A DNA stretch of 63,919 nucleotides, filler included, from Reclinomonas americana ATCC 50394 (taxonomy: Eukaryota): the NCBI GenBank assembly GCA_048213135.1. It is 5 parts of 4 records of this genome, joined end to end, with 100 filler letters (N's around TTAATTAATTAA, not from the genome) between each part and the next. Parts side by side here need not be neighbours in the genome. Positions count along the whole stretch, not along the records: positions 1 to 16,265 come from PS015348.1; positions 16,366 to 42,869 come from PS015349.1; 3 more parts are not named here. One strand, given 5' to 3'. Positions 13,017 through 25,174 of the stretch are shown here, one piece after another. Positions within the stretch are counted from its first letter, which is position 1; each line of letters opens with the position of its first letter. The notes beneath the pieces were generated by a model, which worked only from the letters and a program-made list of their open reading frames with translations, searched no databases and was not told where the DNA came from. The translations under genes were made by a program, and so were the position numbers.

Positions 13017-15700
13017 TCATGGCTCCAGTCCAACATCGCGCTTCAGCGTGCGCGGATACCATTGCATGAACTTTTTCGATTCACGCAGCTCCATGTCGAC
13101 CGTGTCGTTCATCCGCGTGATCTCCGGCAGCGGTGGTGGATCCATGGTGGTTTTCGGGGCAACGGGCTGTGTGGCGGCGAGTGAGACGAGATCAATCGAA
13201 ATAAAACAACAAGAGAGAAAAGCAGACCAGGTCGCGGAGAGTGGCGTGCAGGTGGGTGGTGGCCAGTTCGCGCTCCTTGTCTATGCGCCGTGCGAAACAT
13301 ACACGGAAAGGCACTCGGTGGGAGGCCTCCATCTTTTTGCGGAGACGTTGTTCGGCGGCGACGGCGGTGCGTTCTTCTTCCGAGTCGGCTTCGTCGTCGA
13401 CGCCAGGGGGGAGTTTGGTTAGTGCTGAGCGGTCGAGTTCCTGCGAGGAGGAGAAGAGAATCAGCAAAGGGAGGGAGGGAGGGAGAGAGAGAGAGATACG
13501 AGAAGAAGGAATGAAAGAGAGAAAGAAAGAAAGGAAGAGAAAGAATGAGCGAGAGAAAACCCCAAAGGACAAGAGAGAGAGAGAGAGAGACAGAGAGAAA
13601 GAAAGAAAGAGAAAGAAACAAAGATTGAATGGATGAAAGATAATGCAAGAGAGAAAGAGCAAGAAAGAGAGAGAGAAAGACAGAAAGAGAGAGAAACGAA
13701 GAAAAAGGAAGAATAAGCGAAGGAAGAAAAGATAGACATAAAGAGAGAGAGAAAAACAAAGAATGAATGAATGAAAACAGAGAGAGAGAGAAAGAAAAGA
13801 ATGAATGAAGAAAGAGCGAGAGAGAAGAGAAAGAAAGAGACATATAGAAAGAAAGAAAGAAAGACAGAGAGAAAGAGACAGAGAGAGAGACATATAGAAA
13901 GAAAGGAAGACAGAGAGAAAGAGAAAGAAAGAGTGAGCGAGAAAGCAGAGAGAAAGAAAAGAAAGGGAGAGAGAAAGAGAGAATGAATGAATGAAGAGCA
14001 AAAAAGAGAGACAGAGAGAGAGAGAGAGAGAAAGAAAGAAAGAGACAGAAACAATGAAAGAAAGAGCGAGCGAGAGAGAGAGAGAGAGAAAGCGAGAGAG
14101 AGACAGAAAGAAAGAGACTGCCGTCCATCATATCCTCAGACTCGTCCATAGTGTGATCAGCAGAGATAGCAATGATGCGAGGATACTAATAGAGACAGAC
14201 ACGTTGCAAGAAACAAGAGCCAGAGGGAGTCAAAATGTGACGTAGAAGGGAGAGATGAAGAGAGAGCGACCAAGAAACACAAACAACAAGAAAAGAACGG
14301 CAGAAAAGCTCATTCAATCATCGCCTCTCTTTCTTGCTTAGACAAGCAATGTAGGAAACAGTCAGTCACAGGAGGGGAAGAGCGCGGAAGCACAACTTCG
14401 CGAGGAAAGAGTCAGTGAGACGAAAGAGNNNNNNNNNNNNNNNNNNNNNNNNNNNNNNNNNNNNNNNNNNNNNNNNNNNNNNNNNNNNNNNNNNNNNNNN
14501 NNNNNNNNNNNNNNNNNNNNNNNNNNNNNNNNNNNNNNNNNNNNNNNNNNNNNNNNNNNNNNNNNNNNNNNNNNGTGTGTGTGTGTCCCAAAGTAATGCT
14601 CTCTCTCTCTCTCGCTCTCTTGTCTCTAATCAGGCAATCGCTTGTTCTCTCTCTCTCTCTCTCTTCTCTTTCTCTTTCTCCCTCACCCTCAGTTCCCCCT
14701 CCCCTAACCCCCTTCCCCTCCCCCTTCCCCCTCCCCCTTCCCCTCCCCCTTCCACTTCTCGTCCCTTCAACTTCTCATCTCTTCTCCCCTCCCCCTCCCC
14801 CTTCCCCTCTCCCTCCCCTTCATACCCGTTCGGTAAACCGCCCCATGCTGATCAAACTCGAGAATTCCCGCCGTCGGCACCGGCTCCTCAATCGCCTTGG
14901 AGAGCGACGGACTCGGCGGCTTCCCGAAACTATCAATGCTGGCATTGACGCCGCTGCTGCTGCTGTTGTTGTGCGCAATAGTGGACACGGAAAGCGCCGA
15001 GGCATTGACGGCATCGCCACCGCCGCTGCCGACGACCTGCGCGCCAGGCAGTTGCGGTAACCGCGATGCGCGACGTCGTGACGCCAGCGAGCCGCCGGGA
15101 CTCGGCATGGGGTTGGGCGACGACGGCAGCTGCAAGCCGCTGCTCTGCTCGCCCGTGTGCTGCAGTGTCGACGCGCCCGTCAACCCAGTGGCCGTCGGCG
15201 TCGTCATCTCCACGCTAATGCCCATGGAGAACGACGGCTGCGGCACGTTGAGGTACATGCTCAGGCCGCTGCTGCTGTTGGCGCGGCTGTGCTCGGTCGA
15301 CCACTGTCGCCGCCGGTCGCGCATCTCGTCCGAGGACGGTGGCGTCTCCACCTCGTCAAACGTCTCCTGTTTGCGTGGTCGGCGGGCCGCCGACGGCTGG
15401 CAGCGGTAGCCAATGTCGAGGGGCACGAGGTCGACGGGGGACATGTCGGCGGGGCGGGTGAGGGAGTCGAGTAGACGGGAGCGTTCGGGGGAGACGCTCT
15501 ATGAGGGGGAAAGGGGGTGAGAGGAAAAAAAGGGGATGGAGTGTGAGGGGGGGGGGGGGATGACGCACGGCGAGAGCGGCGCGGAGGGCGTGTTGGGGGT
15601 CGACACTCATGAGCTTGCGGGCCTCGGCGGCGGCGGGGTCCATGGCTTCGAGGCGGGCACGGAGGCGCTGGCGGCGTTGTAGTTTTCTTTCCTCGCGGGC
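13017..15700 (-). CDS. Uncharacterised Ser/Pro-rich multi-exon protein (5' partial)
   Basis: GC-rich exons with GT-AG boundaries at ~15700-15570, ~15499-14827, ~13441-13229 and ~13166-13017. Ends ...MELRESKKFMQWYPRTLKRDVGLEP*. No domain recognised. Confidence 0.6.
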
Positions 15701-15764
15701 CTGGGAGGGGGAGGGGGTGAGAAAGGGAAGGGGGGAGGGGGAAGGGAAAGGGAGGGGTAAGAGG

Positions 15765-16085
15765 ATGGGGGAGACGATGGGGGAGACGATGGGAGAGACG
15801 ATGGGGGAGACGATGGGGGAAGACGAAGGGGGAAGACGAAGGCGGAAGACGAAGGGGGGAGGTTGAAGGGAGGAAGGGAAGACGAAAGGTAAGACGTAAG
15901 GGGAAGACGGAAGGGGAAGACAAAAGGGGAAGACAAAGGGGGAATGAGAAGGGGGAAGACCAAGGGGGAATGAGAAGGGGGAATGAGAAGGGGGAATGAG
16001 AAGGGGGAATGAGAAGGGGGAATGAGAAGGGGGAATGAGAAGGGGGAATGAGAAGGGGGAATGAGAAGGGGAAATGAGAAGGGGG
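15765..16085 (+). repeat. Purine-rich minisatellites (12-bp gggggagacgat; 13-bp gggggaatgagaa, ~10 copies)
   Basis: Directly visible tandem units, probably intronic. Confidence 0.85.
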
Positions 16086-16309
16086 AAGACGAAGGAGGGA
16101 AGGCGAGGGGAATGCGAAGGGGGAAGACGAAGGGGGAAGACGGAAGGGGAGATGGAAGGGGAAGACGAAGGGGGGAAGACGAATTGGGGAAGACGGAAGG
16201 GGGAAGAGCATGAGGGATAGGTTGAGGGAGAGGATGGGGGAGTACATGCGGGAGAGGATGGGAGGNNNNNNNNNNNNNNNNNNNNNNNNNNNNNNNNNNN
16301 NNNNNNNNN

Positions 16310-16321
16310 TTAATTAATTAA
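16310..16321. other. Artificial contig linker TTAATTAATTAA
   Basis: Six-frame-stop linker flanked by N runs. Confidence 0.97.
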
Positions 16322-16971
16322 NNNNNNNNNNNNNNNNNNNNNNNNNNNNNNNNNNNNNNNNNNNNGTCACACTATTGCTTCGGTCTCTGACTTCAGCTGT
16401 TGCGTCTGATTCCTAAACTATTCCTTGCTGCCCTTGCTCTGCCCTTCAACGTCAATCGAATACCCAGTGCCGTCAGACTATAATTCCGATCACTGTGCAC
16501 ATTGTTGTCTTCCTCCTCTTTCTCTCATTCACTCTCTCTATGACGCTGAAGAATTGAATCTCGCTCTCTCTACCCGGTCAAAGGCGCGTTTAACCTGGGG
16601 GTTCCTCTCTGCTTCCATCACTCTACAATTTCTTGATTCCGCTTGCCTCGCTCATTTATCATCCACCACGACTTCTCTCTCTCTATTCGCCTCGCTCTTT
16701 CGAGTCTTCTAACACTGCTTTCATATGTGCTCTTGAATTGTCTGCAGTATGCCCTCCGTTCTGCTCTCTCGCCAGTAATCACAGGCTGAGCCGCCTGCTT
16801 CTGCCTCACTTCTTGTCGCTAACTATTTCCAGAGGAACAATGATCCGGGCTTTCTTCTGCGTTCCTGCACCCTCTCACCCTCGCCCTCACTCATTTCTCT
16901 CTCTGTGTGCGTCTCTCTGTCTTTATCACTCTCCTTCTCCCTCTCCTTTTCCCCTCCCTCCATCAACCCAC

Positions 16972-17180
16972 CGCTGCATATTCCTCTTGATGCTCTCCTG
17001 AATCGCCGCCGGACCCGCCGACATGCTCCGCCTTCCTGTGCCACTACCTCCCGCACCACCAGCACCACCGACACTAGCCGGCGTCATGGCCCGCCCTGCA
17101 CGCGTCCGATCGCCCAACGATGACGGCATCTTGTGTCGCGATTTGGCGGCGAATACCGTGGCCGCGAAGGAGACGAGGTT
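16972..17180 (-). CDS. Isolated internal exon of an unidentified gene
   Basis: cacag|NLVSFAATVFAAKSRHKMPSS...IQESIKRNMQR|gtgggt. GC-rich island between low-complexity tracts. Confidence 0.4.
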
Positions 17181-17756
17181 CTGTGCAGGGGAGGACGAAG
17201 GGCAAGCGATGAGGAGGAGATAAGAAAGCGAGGAGAAGAGGACTGTGACGAAATGAAGGAGGGGGAGGAGGAGTAGGAGAAAGAGAGGAGGGAAAGAGGA
17301 GGAGGGAGGGAGGAGAGAGACAGGCAATGGAGGGAGGGAAGGAGGGCGAGAAGAACAAGAACTGCAAGGAGGTGATTGAGTGAGACAATGTCTGAGAGAG
17401 GGAAGGAGCCAGGGAAGGAGATAGGGAGGGTGACAGGGAGGGAGACAGGGAAGGGGACAGGGAGGGAGACAGAGGAGGAGACAAGAAGGGAGACAAGGAG
17501 TGAGCCAGGGAGGGTGACACGGAGGGAGACAGGGAGGGAGACAGAGAGGGAGNNNNNNNNNNNNNNNNNNNNNNNNNNNNNNNNNNNNNNNNNNNNNNNN
17601 NNNNNNNNNNNNNNNNNNNNNNNNNNNNNNNNNNNNNNNNNNNNNNNNNNNNNNNNNNNNNNNNNNNNNNNNNNNNNNNNNNNNNNNNNNNNNNNNNNNN
17701 NNNNNNNNNNNNNNNNNNNNNNNNNNNNNNNNNNNNNNNNNNNNNNNNGTCGTCGT

Positions 17757-17827
<71 letters not shown>

Positions 17828-18150
17828 CGATGGGGCTGAGGCTGGCTTGGTGAGCTGCGCGGGTTTGCTGCTCATGATTGAAGCACACAACACAACGCTT
17901 GAGTGATGTGATGGGTGTCACATCGGACCATCATCAGATTGCATTTTGTTGTTTCGCGATGAATGCGGGTGAGAGCGAGGACATGAAGTGGGTGTGTGGT
18001 CACTGGGTGCGTGTGGGGGGAGAGCGCGCGGTTGTTTGACGCAATTCATGAATGAAAATTCGAATTCAATTCGTGCAACTTGCCGACACGACAGCAGACT
18101 GAGTACCGCCATGAAACGATAGCTTGCGAAGGATTCGCTATTCACTATTT

Positions 18151-21100
18151 TCACAATAGTGAACATTTGCCTTTCTGCGATATGCGGGCTCGGTCACGAC
18201 GACGTCGGCACTCTGCCAGCCACTTGATGGCATCCACCGCAATCTGATCCTGTACACCAAACACCGCTCGCCGACCATCCACACACTCCACCAGCAGTGC
18301 CTCTGCCTCGGCCCATCGCTGCTGCTTCGTGAGCAGAATGCCGTAGTTGTACATCGTCTGCAAGGTGTATTCATGCCTGTGACCCAGCACTTCTCGCTGC
18401 CCCTCCACACAGCCAGGGTAAAAATCAGCAGCTTCGGCCAGTGATTTTTGTGTGCCTCGACCGGTGAGAGAAACAGCAAGATTGTGTATCGAAGCAAGAG
18501 TGTCTGGATGTCGATCTCCCAGCAATGCTCGCATGAACTGCAAACATTCTCGTTCCAGTTGAACCTTCTCCTCCCGGCGACTGTCATCTTGGATGCATGC
18601 GGCAAAATTGCCCATGGACAACAACGTGTCAGGGTGTTCAGCTCCAAGAACTAATCGTCGCATTTCCCAGCATCGTCTGTCAAGTGGCTCAGCATCAACA
18701 AATTGATTTCGATACTTGTGATACATAGCTTGCCAATGCAGCGTCGTCAACGAGTCCGGATGGCTCTCACCCAATGTCTCACACTGCCGCTCATGACACT
18801 GCACCAGCAGTGGCAAGTTGCCTGAATCGTAAGCGAACCACATCAAGCAGCGCAACGCGTCCACTTTATCCAGCACAGTTATCTCGCCACTGCTATCCCT
18901 CTCCCACACCTCGCACAAACGCCACGCCTGTTGCCACGCTACCTTGCGTTCATCCCACTGACGAAGCATGAAACTCAACCAAGCCCGACACTTTGACATC
19001 ACGACAGCGAACCGTCGTCGAACTGGACTCCATTCAACATCACCATCTCCACGTTGATCACACTCTGTATCTGTAACTTGTTGCAGAAGTGACGAGGCCT
19101 CTGTTTCGCCGAACCCGATTGATGGCACTCTACCAGCTGCACACTGCTCTCGAATCCATTCCACCGCCCCACACTGCACCAGCAGCCCATTCACACCAAC
19201 AACATCACTCGCCCACATGCCATCATCCTCACCCAACTGTCGCCACACTGTGTGCAGCACTCCGAGCAAGTCCCGTAACACGAACAGCACACCATCACTG
19301 TCATTCTGTGGATCAATACCATTCAGCACACAGCACACCAGTCGCACAACCAGTCGCTGCATCCGCGACACTACATCTCCACACCGTCCCGCAATCCACC
19401 CAGCAATCTCGTCGTGCACTCGATACTCCACCACCACGCCACCGCTTCCTCCCACAGGGTCACCACACAGCACACGGGCCACACTGTCCATGCTGCCACT
19501 GACACCCACTGTCACCAGATTCGACAAGCACAGACCCTCCAGCACATCCTCCACCCCTTCATCACCACCACTGCCCACCAACTAATTACGCCGAGCACGA
19601 ACTCTCTCCTCCTCTTCCTCACTCATCTCGTCAAACTGCAGTCGCTCACCCATCACCTCGGGTGCACGACGTCGCCTCTCCTGCGCCAGCTCATGCAATC
19701 GCAGTCGACACACACACTGACCCAACTCCACCAGTCGACTTGCAGCCTCCTCATCTTCATCCACTGCAGCCAGCTCGCCATTGCCACCACCCACAGCCAC
19801 TGTCATATCGGGAATCACTCGCAACACGCCCAGAGCCACTCGCGCGAGTGCCACTGTCACTGGCAAGCCGAGTTCCTTGCACGCCGTGATCAACACTAAT
19901 AGACGACGAGCTGCAGCTGTCTGTGACATCACATTGCGCTCCAGCAGCTGCGACAGCGCATCGCCACCAATACCACTCAGCACCTCCTCCAGTCGCGCTC
20001 CCACCAGCTGTGCTGGCGATTGCGACAGCAACCAGCTGCATGACGAGGAAGAAGAGAAATAAGACCTCTTCTTCGCACCAATCACTCTCACTCAATCACT
20101 CACCCAACACAAGCACTCACTCGCAGTGCACTCTTCTCCTGTTGTCCACTCTCCAGTGCCTCCACAATCCGTCGTCGCGCATCCACCGACACCTTGTGAA
20201 TCAGTCGCTCCTCCACCAGCTGCACAATATCCTCATTCTCCACATTCTCCACTCGCACACACTCCACCTCCGCCTCGTGCATCATCGAATCACGAATCTC
20301 ATCCGCCACCTGCCAATATCGACTCGTCACCACCACGATGGGTGCCACCATTCCATCTGAACACAGACACACACGTGATGGACATCAAGTCAGAAGCCAA
20401 CATCCAAGCAAGAATGAGAGAATTCTCTCACTTGACACAAACGCACCCCCATCAGCACACTGAACAACATTCCTCACTTGCTCCGCAGATCCCAGATTGT
20501 CCAGCACCATCACTCCACTCGATGCATGCATCAATTGTCGCAGCAGGCGACGCGCTGGCTCCACCTCACCACTCGCCAGCAGCGCATCCACCTGACCGGC
20601 CATCCTTCGTCCCTCCACTTCACCCACCCGCATCTGTGCCGTCACAAAGGCACGCAGACACTCGCTCAGAGCACTCTCCGCCTGCAGCATGACGAGAGGA
20701 AAAGAGTTAGAATGACAGGGAGATGAAGCAACATGAAGAGTCAACATGCATGTCCCTCATACACACCTTCACATGCTCCCTCGCATCACCCACATGACCA
20801 CGCATATCCACCGACACGGCTGATCCCCTCCATCGACGAGGGGGAGCCAGCAACTCGGTCACCAGCAGCTCGGCCAGGAACGACTTGCCAGTGCCGCCAT
20901 CGCCCGTCAGTACCACCATGATTGGATGATGTGCTGCGCAAGAATCATCCACCACATAAAACATGATGAGAAAAATGAATATGTAACGGGAAAGGAGAAT
21001 GAGAAGGAGCATCCAACCTTCCAGAGCATCCACAATGCGCGTGGCGAGTGAGACGGCCAGGGCACGCCGACTGGGGAAGCGGAACGTGGTCACTGGATTG

Positions 21101-22565
21101 ACAGTGCGCGCGATGAGCGGTGTCTTGGTTGGGCGACTGCTGTCCGGTGCTGTGTGGCAAAGAGAGACTGAGCAGAGGAATGCACATTCCAATGTAGGTC
21201 CATCATGGAACACACCTACAGCTGAGGGAGAAGTGGGCGAGATGCTCAATGTGTCAAGCCGCTGGTGCACACGCTCCATCTCCGCATGCATTTCCACACG
21301 CATCTGATAGATCACTTGCAAGTGAGAAACAGAAAGCCATCTGCAAGTGACCGCTGCTTCGTGACAATCCACTCGACCTGCTCCACATTTGCCGCTATCA
21401 ACACTTGGTCAGCTTGACTCAGTGCACCTGCATTTACACACAGCCAGACAGCATCAGCGTCCACAGTCAAGCAAATCATCCACACACATGCACCAGCCAT
21501 CACTCTCTTCACTCACCATCACGAGCCTCGTTCAGCTGCACCACCAATTCCTCCTCCACATCCCTGCCTATCTGCAGCCGCCGAACAAGCTGATGCAACT
21601 CGCCCTCTCCTCCTCCTCTGTCACCGAGCAGAGGCACAAAGAGTGCACTAGCTCGTGCAGGGTTCGCCTGCTCAAACACCTCCCTCATTCGCTCAATTGC
21701 ATTGCGCTGTGTGACAATGAGAGAGTGATAGGTACACTCGCACAAAGAGAGATCACACTCCTCCTCCTCCTTCTCATTCTCACACACTCACCACATCACC
21801 AGCTGGAATCAGACGATCAGGCTCGTCTCTCGGGTGCTCTCGATGACCCGCCAGCAGCAAGATCGTGCAGCACAGCATCGCATCAAACGAACTGCAGTCG
21901 TGCAGCTGGCCTCGCTGATGCCACTCGCGCACCAGCTGACGCTCCTTCTCGCTCAACTGGACACACATGTCCACTCCGTCTGGCATGGTGCTGCATGTGG
22001 GAAGAAGGCGCAAAGAAAGAGAGGATGCTGGTGAGTGAGGAATGTGTGTGACAACAAAGAGGAGACATTCATCGGAAAAGAATGTGGAATCGTGTGTGGT
22101 GAGACAATGAAGAGTGCGAGAGCGGGGAGAATGGGATGACCAGTGCAGTCACTATCTGCCTCTTGCTTGCGGCAATCATATCTCTTCTCTCATTCACATC
22201 TCCATTCTGCATCCTTGTCATTGTGTGCTTCCACATCCACCCCACACATACTCACCGCACATCACGCTCACTCGGCGCCTTGCACCAGGCAACGTGATTC
22301 ACATCGGGATACGAATCGAGAAACGCCGGCAGCACTTGCTCGAGTTTGGATTGCAGAGCGCGGGTGCATGGACGAGACAGGGCCTTCACAAGGCGAATCA
22401 TGTATTCCTCATCACCAGGATCGTGATGATGACTGCATGGGAGAGGAGAGAGAGAGAGAGAGTGAAAGAAACGAATTGCACACAATGTGAGAATGATGAT
22501 GCATCTGACAACAACACAATGAGAGAGACACGCAACTCACGCGGCACTCCACTCCCACTCGCCAT
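18151..22565 (-). pseudogene. NLR-like STAND protein copy 1 (HEPN-like/NB-ARC/TPR/CaaX CSLL), in-frame TAG at 19582-19584
   Basis: Walker A VVLTGDGGTGKS, Walker B VMVLDNLGSAEQV, sensor IVVVTSR, GLPVTVALA, and 4-5 LGxxHPDTL TPRs. GAG>TAG relative to copy 3 (RARRNELVG). Confidence 0.8.
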
Positions 22566-23026
22566 GATGATGCGTCACAACAAGGACAACAGCAAGCACA
22601 CTGACAGATGCACAGGGGAATGACACACGCTCTCTCTCTCTCTCTCTCTCTCTCTGTCACAATAAGAAGCGGAGAAATGCAACAACTCACTCTCCTTCTC
22701 TCCTTTCTCTCTCACACACACAGTGGGGAACAACGCTGATACAGAACAGAAAGAAGAACACACAAGCTCACTTCTGCTCACAGCAGCAGCAACAACAGAA
22801 CTTGTTGCCAACCAAACGAATGAACCACTGAAGTCAAGCCCTCTCTCTCCGTTCTCCGCTCTCATGTGCCGCGCCACTCATGACAGCGATGACGACGACG
22901 AAGAACCCGAATCACTGCTGGCACGCATTCACATGCACACACCTCCTCTTCCACCAATGCTACCCCGCCTCCTCACGTGCTGCTGCCTCCTCCTCCAGTG
23001 CTGCCACCAATGGTTTTTCTGTGTGC

Positions 23027-23068
<42 letters not shown>

Positions 23069-23138
23069 ATGAGAGAAGAGGATGCTGCTCTGTTCCACTG
23101 TTCCTTTCTCCCTCTCTCACTCTCGTTCTCTGACACAG

Positions 23139-24094
23139 TCTCGTCGACGGCATTGTCAGCGCCGCCTGCCTCGGCATCTTCTCATGGACAATCCTCTCGA
23201 TGAACCACGCGATCTTGACAACATGCATTCGAGCTTGGCCGAGTTGGTGATGTGCTTCCCCGAAGATCTTCAACCTGCTGGAGGACCTGGACGAGGTGCG
23301 TGCATCCGCGAGATCAGCAAGCGCACGCCTGAACTCGCGCAACTGGTGGTGTCTTCGGGTGCTCTCGGGAGTCATTGTCGACTACGTGGGCGAGACCAAG
23401 GGCAACAACCGCCTGCCGGGCATCATGTGACTCTCGGCTACATTGCCACCTTCTCCGACGCACTCGCACAACACGTGATTGCCAATGGCGGCGTGGTGCC
23501 GCTGGCGCAGGCGCTGGACTCGGAGAAGGAGGATCACCTGCGTGCGGCCGCCGCCTGGTCACTGAGTCAGATTGGTCGCCACTCGTCGGAGCACTCGAAG
23601 GCCGTGACCGACGCCGAGGTGTTGCCGCTGCTGCTCGACGCGTTCCTCGACCCGCAATCGTCGGACGACCTGAAGACCAAGGCCAAGCGCGCACTCAAGT
23701 CGGTGGTGCAAAAATGCCTCCACTTGCCGGCGCTGCAACCACTGCTCTCGCGCGCCCCCGTCAACATCCTCACACACGTCACTGGTCAGTACGCCAAGGT
23801 GCTGCCGGGCGATCGGACAGCAAGACGAGCATTTGTGTCGGATGGTGGTCTGGAGATGCTGCAGCGCATTTCCGAGCACGCACCCGAGGGCTCTGAGTTG
23901 CAGTTTCGTTGCTCTTCCTCACTGCTCTCCCACTCTCTTTGCTCGTGTGCTCATGATCATCATGCCCGTGTTACAGAAAGAACATTGACACAATCAACGC
24001 ATGCTACCCCGACGAGATTGTCAAGTACTACTCACCCGGCTTCTCCAAGAACTTTGACAAGCTCATTGACAACTACGCACCGCCACTCGAGTAA
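23139..24094 (+). pseudogene. SPAG6: Chimeric pseudogene: COA3-like exon 2 fragment fused to the C-terminal half of SPAG6/PF16 (copy 1)
   Basis: IREISKRTPELAQLVV, KGNNRLPGIM, EDHLRAAAAWSLSQIGRHS, SSDDLKTKAKRALKSVVQKC and LQ|KNIDTINACYPDEIVKYYSPG match SPAG6 armadillo repeats. The 5' part has frameshifts and the N-terminal half is absent. Confidence 0.88.
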
Positions 24095-24254
24095 TAATTA
24101 CCACGACAACAGCAGCAACAACGATAACAGAAGCTTGTTGGTTGTTGTTGTGAATGATTGTTCTTTTTTCCCGAGTAGTGAAGGCAATGAAATGTACATT
24201 GTTTCTGTCTGTGTCCTCTCTCTTGTTTGCTTGTTTGTTGAAGGAGATGTGGCG

Positions 24255-24635
24255 ATGCGCGACCGTCGAGTGCCACTCTCTCGCGTGTTGCAAGTGGCGA
24301 CTGTGATGCTCATGGCGATGCTCATCGTCTATGTGCTTGTTGTCACACAGAAGAGAGTTTCGTGTGTTGGTCTCGCAGTGTGTTTCTCTCTGTGCATGTG
24401 CTGACGCTGTTTGTTCTCTCTCTCCCTCTCTCTCCTTCTTCTTCTTCTTCTCTTCTTCTTGTCAGCGTGATAACGAGAATGTGACTGCGACCCTGCAGCG
24501 CACTGATGATGATGATGAGAATGATTGCGATGATGATCAAGTGGGATTTCCGTGGTCGCTGTTTGGGATGGACGAGTCGGCGACGCCTGTGCTGTTGAAG
24601 GCGCCGTTTGTTGCGGTGAGCTTGTTGGGATGCTT

Positions 24636-24670
<35 letters not shown>

Positions 24671-25136
24671 TCGNNNNNNNNNNNNNNNNNNNNNNNNNNN
24701 NNNNNNNNNNNNNNNNNNNNNNNNNNNNNNNNNNNNNNNNNNNNNNNNNNNNNNNNNNNNNNNNNNNNNNNNNNNNNNNNNNNNNNNNNNNNNNNNNNNN
24801 NNNNNNNNNNNNNNNNNNNNNNNNNNNNNNNNNNNNNNNNNNNNNNNNNNNNNNNNNNNNNNNNNNNNNNNNNNNNNNNNNNNNNNNNNNNNNNNNNNNN
24901 NNNNNNNNNNNNNNNNNNNNNNNNNNNNNNNNNNNNNNNNNNNNNNNNNNNNNNNNNNNNNNNNNNNNNNNNNNNNNNNNNNNNNNNNNNNNNNNNNNNN
25001 NNNNNNNNNNNNNNNNNNNNNNNNNNNNNNNNNNNNNTTTCCGGTGGTCGTGTTTGGGTAGTGGACGAGTCGGCGACGCCTCGTGCTGTTGTAGGCGCCG
25101 TTTCGTTGTCGGTGGTAGCGTTCGTTGGTAGTGTCT

Positions 25137-25174
<38 letters not shown>

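Noticed and set aside
13109..14245. Long SLSLSL/ERERER ORFs here and elsewhere, and ORFs spanning N runs
   Set aside because: Translations of (AG)n/(CT)n microsatellites or gaps, not genes.
15940..16085. G-rich tandem repeat as telomeric sequence
   Set aside because: The 13-bp purine-rich unit resembles other intronic low-complexity tracts, adjoins an internal exon and matches no telomere-type motif.
19582..19584. In-frame TAG (Glu in paralogues) and TGA (Cys in paralogues) as evidence of a reassigned genetic code
   Set aside because: TAG ends the COA3-like and COPI-associated genes, and TGA ends NOP2, SNF2 and MAPK. Conserved genes contain no internal stops.
20935..21020. NLR intron apparently lacking an AG acceptor (…gtggtggatgat)
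   Set aside because: A canonical in-frame acceptor (gcgcag|cacat, cacag|cgcat) lies a few codons downstream in all copies.
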